Source: Eledone cirrhosa (lineage: Eukaryota). Taken from it: a stretch of DNA of 64,000 bases. The position numbers were made by a program, and so were the translations under genes. Shown here piece by piece: positions 56,344-64,000 of this stretch. Location: positions 53,258,001-53,322,000 of the forward strand of contig OZ024741.1 in assembly GCA_964016885.1 (NCBI GenBank), in the 5' to 3' direction. Under the pieces are notes generated by a model. It searched no databases. It was not told where the DNA came from and was given only the letters and a program-made list of their open reading frames with translations. Positions within the stretch are counted from its first letter, which is position 1; every line of letters starts with the position of its first letter.

Positions 56344-58604
56344 CGAGAGAGAGCGAGAGATATATAGGTAGATAGAGTGATTAGGAGACAGCTATTTATA
56401 TATATATAGAAAGAGAGAGTGTTTAAAAGAGAAAGATGAAGAGATTAGGATTTCTTTTAACACGCTGACGTGTATGTTTGTGCTTTTGTATGTGCATATA
56501 CATACATTTATATGTATGAGTATATTACTATAATCGCGCAAACACACACACTTACAAAAATACACACTCACAGACATACATTCACACGAATACACATACT
56601 TTCACACAAACACATACACACATACATTTACACAAACACATATACAGGCAAACAATGCTTAACTAATTTTTTTGTTACAAGTTTATTCACAGTTGTATAA
56701 AAAATATAATATAATAATGCTTACAGAACGAAAACACAAACAAATATATATTCAAACGGAAGGGAAAGCGAAAAAAATAAAGAGAAAAACACACACTAGC
56801 AGGTAATACACACATTTAGGACCACATAAAACAATGGGTAGGCGAAAGTGGTGGACAAACGAGTCACTACCAGAGCAAAAGATAACGATATAGTGAGGAG
56901 CACTGGGAAACCTCTCTAATACTGTGCCTTTCTCAGTGTCTGCCTGTCAATCTATCACTCTTAATCTTCTATGTGTGTCGTGTATGTGTTTGGTTTTGCG
57001 GAAGGCATCAGTATATTTACCATGATATTTACATTGACGATATCACCATAACCATTGCTGATATCAGTCACTTTCACGTATCAAGAATACATATTGAATA
57101 AATGACATCATAGAAGTATGAGAATAATACCATGCAAGTCTATAGTGATATAAGTTCATAGAAATGTGAAGTATTGTTGATATCTACACCGAGACGTCGA
57201 GACCACTACATAGAAATTATATGACATCCTATATTATGCCCTCTGTGTTCTACGTTGAAGCTCTCTTTATTTGAAAAGACAGTCCCCCCCCCCCACTCAC
57301 ACACAGACAGACATACATGCACACACACACACACACTTATACTCTCACCCATATACACATACAACTTCAGCACACACATACAAGGTCCAACTAATAATGA
57401 CTGCAGTGGTTTTAATCATAAGCCTGTTCTATCAAAGATAACCTACAGTTATGCAACAATGAAAAGAAATACACCAACAAAATGATTATTGTCCTTTTCA
57501 TATGTCTGCTATCCAGCTTTGTCTTTCTTCCACTAGGTTCTTTCGTCTTTCATTTATTGGATAAGGATATATCTCCTGTGATTCTGTTTCATTGCAGATT
57601 CCATTCGGAAAATCTTTTCCGACAGTTGGCGAAGTGGAAGAGTTGTCAGAGCGATATATTTTCGAATTTCTTTGAGTTCAAATTCCACTAGGGTTAACTT
57701 TCCCTTTCATCCTTCCAGATTGGATAAAACATAGTACACATCCTGATCAGGAAATTGGTGGAATTGTTAGAAAATTGAAAAAGATGTCTTAGGTCAATTA
57801 TTCTGGTTCTGTGCATTCTGAGTTCTTGCTAAGTAAACTTACTCCATTTTCCGGTTTAACGCAAACACATAGCATCTTGATTGAATTTTGCAAGATCCCT
57901 CTATGGCAAGCATTCGGGGTAGATCAACAGTTAGAGAATTATTTACTAACTTCCTGTTTCGGAAGCTGTGAAAGAAGAGATGGCTTTAAGTTCTTCTCCT
58001 TCTCATTTGACCACACTTATCCCCCGAAGAGCTCACGCCAGATGAGAGGTTCCATTGAGATCGCTTTATATATATTACATCACCATAAAGAAAAACAGAT
58101 TGTTTGGTATCTATTTTTAGAGGCTAGAAATAATCTAAGCATTTTTTATAGTTGTTTATCTCTCCTTTATCGAGCAGATGAGCAACCAAATGCGATCCAT
58201 GCTAGACAATCACATCTAATACTAATTAATCGATCTGTATCGATAAGTATATTTGGAGGGAGATATGGATGCTGTTATTAATAGATTGAGGGAGCAGCGA
58301 ATACTATGCAGCATTTATCTATGGCCCTTTACGCCTTGTGGTCGATACAAATAAGGTACCACTCACGTGCTGGGTCACTGTAATCGACCTTCCTTTCCAA
58401 ACATATTGCTGGCTTTGAGCCAATGCTAGAGATAATTATTAGTAGGCTGACTGGTTACATATGTATTTCCATCTGTTGTTTGTTATACCGAAGAAAGAAA
58501 TTCGCATTCTAATAGAGATTTTACCTGGGGTAAGTGGGCGATGTATTATCAACCTTTGATAATTATTTTTAAGTTAACGTGACCCGATGGGTCACAGGTG
58601 GTCA

Positions 58605-58653
<49 letters not shown>

Positions 58654-58769
58654 TATGTATATATACATACACACACATATATATGCAGATACAGAGAGAG
58701 AGAGGGAGGGAGAGAGAGGGGAGGAGAGAGGGAGGGAGAGAGAGAGAGAGAGGGAGAGAGAGAGAGAGG

Positions 58770-58814
<45 letters not shown>

Positions 58815-59134
58815 AGAGTAATGGGTAGAATCCCGACCAAGGAACAAAGCACTTTCGGTTTGGCGCCGCCGAGATTATACCTATCTTTATACACTCTGCA
58901 CTTGCCCATTATTTGGACCCTTTTCAGTCTCAGCACCACAGGCTATCTCTCTCACCCCCTCTCTCTCTCTCACCTCTCTCTCTCTCTCTCTCTCTCACAC
59001 ACATCTCTCGCCCCCCTCCCTCCTCTCTCTCTCTGTATATATATATAACGTAAAGTTGCTGTAGGTTCACCTAGGAGAGCACGATGTTTAGGTTCACGTC
59101 AGTAGCGAGGTGTAGAGCTAAACAGAGGGTAATG

Positions 59135-59290
59135 TAATAATAGAAGGACGATTTGTTAAGCCTTCATAACGTTTATTGATTGGTGACGCGCGTTTCAGTA
59201 TTGATCAGCTCAAGGTTCGATCAATAGCTGATTAATAGTGAAACGCGCGTCACCAGTAAGTAAGCTTAACAAATCGTCCTTGTATTATTA
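59135..59290. mobile_element. Short foldback in an AAT/ATT context
   Basis: aaggacgatttgttaagc...ggtgacgcgcgtttca is inverted as tgaaacgcgcgtcacc...gcttaacaaatcgtcctt. Confidence 0.75.
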
Positions 59291-59302
59291 TTATTATTAT
59301 TA

Positions 59303-59496
59303 TTGGTGGACTAGCAGTATCGGTAGAGGGTCGGTCGCCATGGTTTGCAGTATAGAGTTACGTCCTTTTACGGACTGAGTTCATATCCCGCCGAGGTTAA
59401 CTTTACCTTTCATCCTTACGGGGTCGATAAAATAAAGTACCAGTAATATACAGGGTAATTGCTGGACTTGTGCTAAAAGTAGAAACAATTATTATT
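59303..59496 (+). mobile_element. SINE family A, full length
   Basis: Matches the other copies and is flanked by ATT repeats. Confidence 0.88.
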
Positions 59497-59948
59497 ACTA
59501 TTTTCATTATATATATGACTCGGAATTTGCGTTACGTTTCGCTTTTTCTACCCGCCGAAATGCGATTCTCGCTGAATATATATTCATATATTTATATATA
59601 TATATCCTACATTCACTGATAGACATATACATACTTGCATAAACTTTATAGCCATAGAAAATGTGGAGGTAACATTGGTGAATGTTTAAGAAGTACCTTT
59701 TGCAATTAAGTTCAACGTTTGAAGAGCCCGTTTTCGATCAAACACTTACGAATCTAATTAGTTAGATGGGTACTGTTTGTCTGCACACCAGATGGACTGT
59801 GTAAGTGATCTTCAAATGCCAGTCTCCTCAGACAGTGTCACGCTGAATCAGCCTGAAAGTGGCGTTTTCTGTAGAATGCTCAGCTAATTGAAGGTCAAAG
59901 TCGAAACCGACAGAGGTCAGTTTCACGTAGAATAAGTGGTAAACTTAC

Positions 59949-60059
59949 CTGTCAAGAATGAGGGTTCACATTGAAGGTTTTATCAGAGGGAAAAGCCCAC
60001 CCCCCAATTTCTGCGAATGTATTCCCTTGCTCTTGTATTTTATCCTTGTATTGTAAGAT
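59949..60059 (-). other. Candidate 111-nt host exon
   Basis: Minus strand: pyrimidine-rich tctttactatctttatctaatttgcAG | exon | cag/GTAAGT. Frame 0 gives ILQYKDKIQEQGNTFAEIGGWAFPSDKTFNVNPHS*. Confidence 0.4.
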
Positions 60060-60134
60060 CTGCAAATTAGATAAAGATAGTAAAGAAATATTAGTTAGAA
60101 AATTAATACACACACACACATACAGACAAATAGT

Positions 60135-60179
<45 letters not shown>

Positions 60180-60184
60180 CTAGG

Positions 60185-60300
60185 GCGGGTAAAATTCCCG
60201 AGATCCATGGACGAGTTCGCTCCAGCGGTCACTGTTGTTCATCATCGCCACCATGTCCTGCGTCTCCCAGAGACCAGTGTCTATCCTTAGGACATCAATA
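60185..60300 (-). pseudogene. Short RTE-like LINE 3' fragment
   Basis: Minus strand IDVLRIDTGLWETQDMVAMMNNSDRWSELVHGSR resembles RTE ORF C-termini. Confidence 0.5.
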
Positions 60301-61200
60301 TATGTGAATATATATATATATATATATATACAAATATTATTTCAGCGTGATCGAATTTCGGCAATGGTCGAAAACAAAGCGAAACGCAATATCCGAGATA
60401 TGCGGAAAGCGCTCAATGGACTAAAAAAAAGACCAGAGCAATAAACATAGGTTATAGAGGCCAAACAAACTGAGAATGGCGGTCAAGAAGCCATCAGCCA
60501 CCTAAGCCAAAAAACGAAGCAAGCCAAACAGGTCAAACAAAAGAATTTACCTGCGTCTATATATATATAGACTAACCATATTTATTCACTGAACCAGAAC
60601 AATTCTCCCATCCCATTTCTCTTGACCATTATCTTTTGCTTGTCATAAAATTCTCTAAAAAGGCTACAGAATAGATGTCCAAATACGGCGCGAAATTTAA
60701 TGAAAACTTGTTCACGTGACAGCGATAATTTCATTTATAACCAATATAATTACGTTTATTAAAAAAAGGCTTCGTGAGCGCCTTTATTTTAAGTAAAAAG
60801 AAATTCAAACACTCATATATGAAACAACAACCTGTGCGCCCCCTCCCCTTGTTTGAAGATCTTTGTAACGCGAACTGGCGCGAAATTTATTATAATTATT
60901 GACCAACCAATCAAATTACTTCTCGAAAAACCTGGCATTTCGAGCCACTTTTTCCATATAAAACAAGTAACATTCAGTGACCAACCAGATGTGAGAAAAA
61001 CTACAGACCCTCCATCGCAACTCTACTTTTGAAAAGCAGAAGAACTGCGAAACCGGTAAAGGAACCAAATAAATATATATATATTTTTAAAATATAAGAC
61101 TCCAGTTGCATTTTCGATTTCATCTTTTTTTCTTTATACTTTCACTCGTGTAGGACACCTCGGTTATTTTTCATTCTATAAAAAAAAAACCGCACTTTCT

Positions 61201-61250
<50 letters not shown>

Positions 61251-61257
<7 letters not shown>

Positions 61258-62040
61258 AAGAATCAAAGAACTGTTCAAAACATTATTGTGCTTACAGCTG
61301 TTTCCTCCAAACCGAGGTTTGGATTCTTCGGAGCAATTTATTAATGCATGGACAGTTATATGACCTCCTTTTCAGCCGAGAGACATACCAATACATATTC
61401 AAACATTGATACATATTCAAACATTGTGGGTCAACATTCATTACAGAATTTAGAGTGGCAGTACACACTTCGAGATTACATTTATATTAATAGGTACAAT
61501 CAAAAATCAAAGATATAGGTTAAAGTACAACATGAAGATAAGTGGTTATATAGTGCAAATGTTATATGTATGGCACGCATGTGCGTCTTGTTTATATAGT
61601 GTGGCAGAGAGATATGTGTGGTAGAGGCACTTAGGTAGGTAAATAAGAGTGTTAGGTTGGTAGATCTGGTGGCAAAGTCTTTATATGATTGATATAGTCT
61701 GTGTGTGGAGAAATATTATAAGCATTAAAGATAGTGCAAGCATTAAAAGTGTTATAAGTATTGGAGATGCACAGCGCAGGGATGTCAAGAAATTCGTGTA
61801 CTTCGGCATTTTCATGGTCAAGGGAGTGTATATTTCGATTATATGCCTTTCACATAATCGACGACAATCCAGTTAGAGATCGTAGTCTGGTGTTCTTTAG
61901 TTCGATACAGGTGGTTGTTACGTTTCGAGAAACGCCATTGAATACCGGAAGTGTGTGTGTGGCTAAGGGGAGTTAATGCATGCGGGGAGGTAACTCTGGG
62001 GTTTCTATATCTAGCCATTAAAATGTGTCCCAATATAGAC
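61251..62040 (-). mobile_element. Inverted pLTR-like segment upstream of the PLE ORF, with hammerhead at 61289-61335
   Basis: tgct CCGAAGA a tccaaacc-tc-ggtttgga g GAAA cagctg TA agca; abuts (TA)n. The right boundary is approximate. Confidence 0.72.
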
Positions 62041-62382
62041 CCTAAATTCTATGGTGAGGTGCACCTTCCAAGAGAGACTTTTAAAGCATAAAGTGTACTA
62101 ACTATAGAGTAGTTTAACTAAATTATGCTGAAGGTGATCATATTATTATTAAGGTGGATTAACCCATCTTAAGGTGCTACAAATGGAAATTATAGATGAT
62201 GAGCGAGTATTCTAAATTAATGATCTATGTGGTTGTAGTCTGCTCATATGACCAGGCGCGGTGATTGCAGGATTGCTTCAGGACCCAATGATCTCTGGTA
62301 AGATCTGGGTCATCGCTTGCTACATTGGATGTCGAAAGATTAACTGCTCCATATCGTTGAGCTGACATATAATATTGCCAAT

Positions 62383-64000
62383 ATGCTAATCAAAGACCAA
62401 CTCCCCATGTCAACCAAGAACATACCAATACCATCCAGGAATACATATGAGAAATTGCTGATCAACAGTGTAAATTCATTTATCAATAGAGTGAGATGGA
62501 GGACATTCCATTATGATAGAAACAAATCTAACAACTTGAATAATACTAACAATTTTGACTCCTTCGGCTTTAAAACCTTTAAAAGCCCCCCTCATAACAC
62601 TCTACTTAACTCCTTTGAAAATGACCTAGTTAAACTAGTTAAGAACATTAAATACAATAAGCACCATATTAGAAGCAACACCTTCTTAAACAAACTTAAC
62701 ACTTCTATTAGTGGATTCAAAACTAGTAATAAAATTATTGTACACGCAGATAAAACTAATAACATATACAGCCTAGATTATATTACTTATAGAAAGTTTA
62801 TATATAATGAACTACATAAAAGCTACAAAAAAACCACCTTGAAAAACTTAGAAGATATTAATGTAGAGGGTTATAATATAGTGTCTAAACTAGGACTACA
62901 GAGGCATACACAACCTTTCACTCCGAACCCCCCTAGATTCTCTCTGAAGGACCATAAGGAGAACTTCATCAGCAACCCCACGATAAGACTTATCTGCCCT
63001 TCCAAGTCCGACATTGGTATTATCAGCAAGAAGATTTTGGATAAAATCATCCCACAAATTAAACACAAGATACACCTTAAACAATGGGGAAATACGGGTG
63101 AAGTAATTGAATGGTTTAAGGATATCAAGAATAATAAGAACAAAAAATTTATTCAATTTGATATCAATTCATACTACACCTCTATTTCCCCTATCCTATT
63201 AAATAAGGCACTTATCATGGCCATGACCAATAGCGACCTGACTAGAGCCCAGGTTGATGTCATCCTTGCGGCCCGTAAAACCATAATCACCTTCGAGGAC
63301 CAACTATGGACACGCAAGGATACGCACAACAACTTCGACATAACCATGGGATCTAGTGACTCGGCGCAGGTCACTGATTTGGTCGGCCTATACCTCCTCA
63401 ATGAAATCCATAAATACCTCCCTTACCTCAACGGTGGTTTGTACCGCGATGATGCACTTCTACTCATAGAATATAAAAAATTTAATATAGAAAGAACTAG
63501 AAAACAACTGCATAAGACATTCAAAAACTTTAACCTTAGTATCACCATGGACAAAAACACTAAAAATGTTAACTTCCTAGACGCCACACTATACCTAGAC
63601 TCAAAAATATATACACCTTTCCATAAGCCTAATGAGAAACTTATTTACGTAGATACCAAGTCTAATCACCCTAGATCAATATTAAACTCTATCTCTAAGG
63701 GGGTGTCCAATAGAATCTCTAGTCTGTCCTATGACGCAAACATATTTAGCAAAAACTCACAATATTACAATCAAGCATTAGCTAGCTCGGGCCATAATAT
63801 AGAAATTGAGTTCCTATCTAAGAAAACACATAGCTACAACATAATCTCGCACAACATGTCCATGAGGAAATCTAATAATAGGAATAGCAACCACAAGTAC
63901 ACCAAAGCGGAGGGTGCCACAGGAAGTAACCATTACCATGGAAACTACTGTGAGGCCTTAGGAGGAAGCAACACACCAAACACTAAAAGCAAAAATAGAA
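62383..64000 (+). CDS. Naiad-type Penelope-like element reverse transcriptase; uninterrupted for 539 codons and runs off the window
   Basis: Hand translation shows no stop from ATG 62383. Motifs: STKNIPIPS, RVRW, FGFKT, FENDL, ADKTNNIY, LKDHKENF, RLICPSKSDIG, FIQFDINSYYTSI, FDITMGS, GGLYRDDAL, VNFLDATL, KPN, SNHP. Confidence 0.93.
   Translation, partial: MLIKDQLPMSTKNIPIPSRNTYEKLLINSVNSFINRVRWRTFHYDRNKSNNLNNTNNFDSFGFKTFKSPPHNTLLNSFENDLVKLVKNIKYNKHHIRSNTFLNKLNTSISGFKTSNKIIVHADKTNNIYSLDYITYRKFIYNELHKSYKKTTLKNLEDINVEGYNIVSKLGLQRHTQPFTPNPPRFSLKDHKENFISNPTIRLICPSKSDIGIISKKILDKIIPQIKHKIHLKQWGNTGEVIEWFKDIKNNKNKKFIQFDINSYYTSISPILLNKALIMAMTNSDLTRAQVDVILAARKTIITFEDQLWTRKDTHNNFDITMGSSDSAQVTDLVGLYLLNEIHKYLPYLNGGLYRDDALLLIEYKKFNIERTRKQLHKTFKNFNLSITMDKNTKNVNFLDATLYLDSKIYTPFHKPNEKLIYVDTKSNHPRSILNSISKGVSNRISSLSYDANIFSKNSQYYNQALASSGHNIEIEFLSKKTHSYNIISHNMSMRKSNNRNSNHKYTKAEGATGSNHYHGNYCEALGGSNTPNTKSKNR

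Noticed and set aside
57811-58281. 156-aa ORF in non-repetitive sequence
   Set aside because: It has a non-ATG start, no recognisable motif, and lies between decayed SINEs.

Overview
This is AT-rich, microsatellite-saturated animal DNA. The repeat content suggests a cephalopod, probably Octopus (inference). There is no clear multi-exon host gene, only one candidate 111-nt exon. Almost everything interpretable is mobile DNA: Tx1/L1, R4/Dong, RTE and BovB-like LINE remnants, at least two tRNA-derived SINE groups, two non-autonomous Helitrons, and many Penelope-like element (PLE) pieces from several clades. One is an apparently intact Naiad-type PLE reverse transcriptase ORF (62383 to the window end) that the ORF track missed. 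The main signal is a set of hammerhead-ribozyme (HHR)-bearing non-coding elements lodged in (TA)n tracts. One is a near-identical 472-bp tandem array with one minimal type I hammerhead per unit (29154-31579, retrozyme-like). About a dozen foldback elements also occur, several with non-canonical hammerhead cores (U3-A8 covariation, C4, extended stem II). Family names come from motif recognition only, no database search was run, and boundaries of decayed repeats are approximate.
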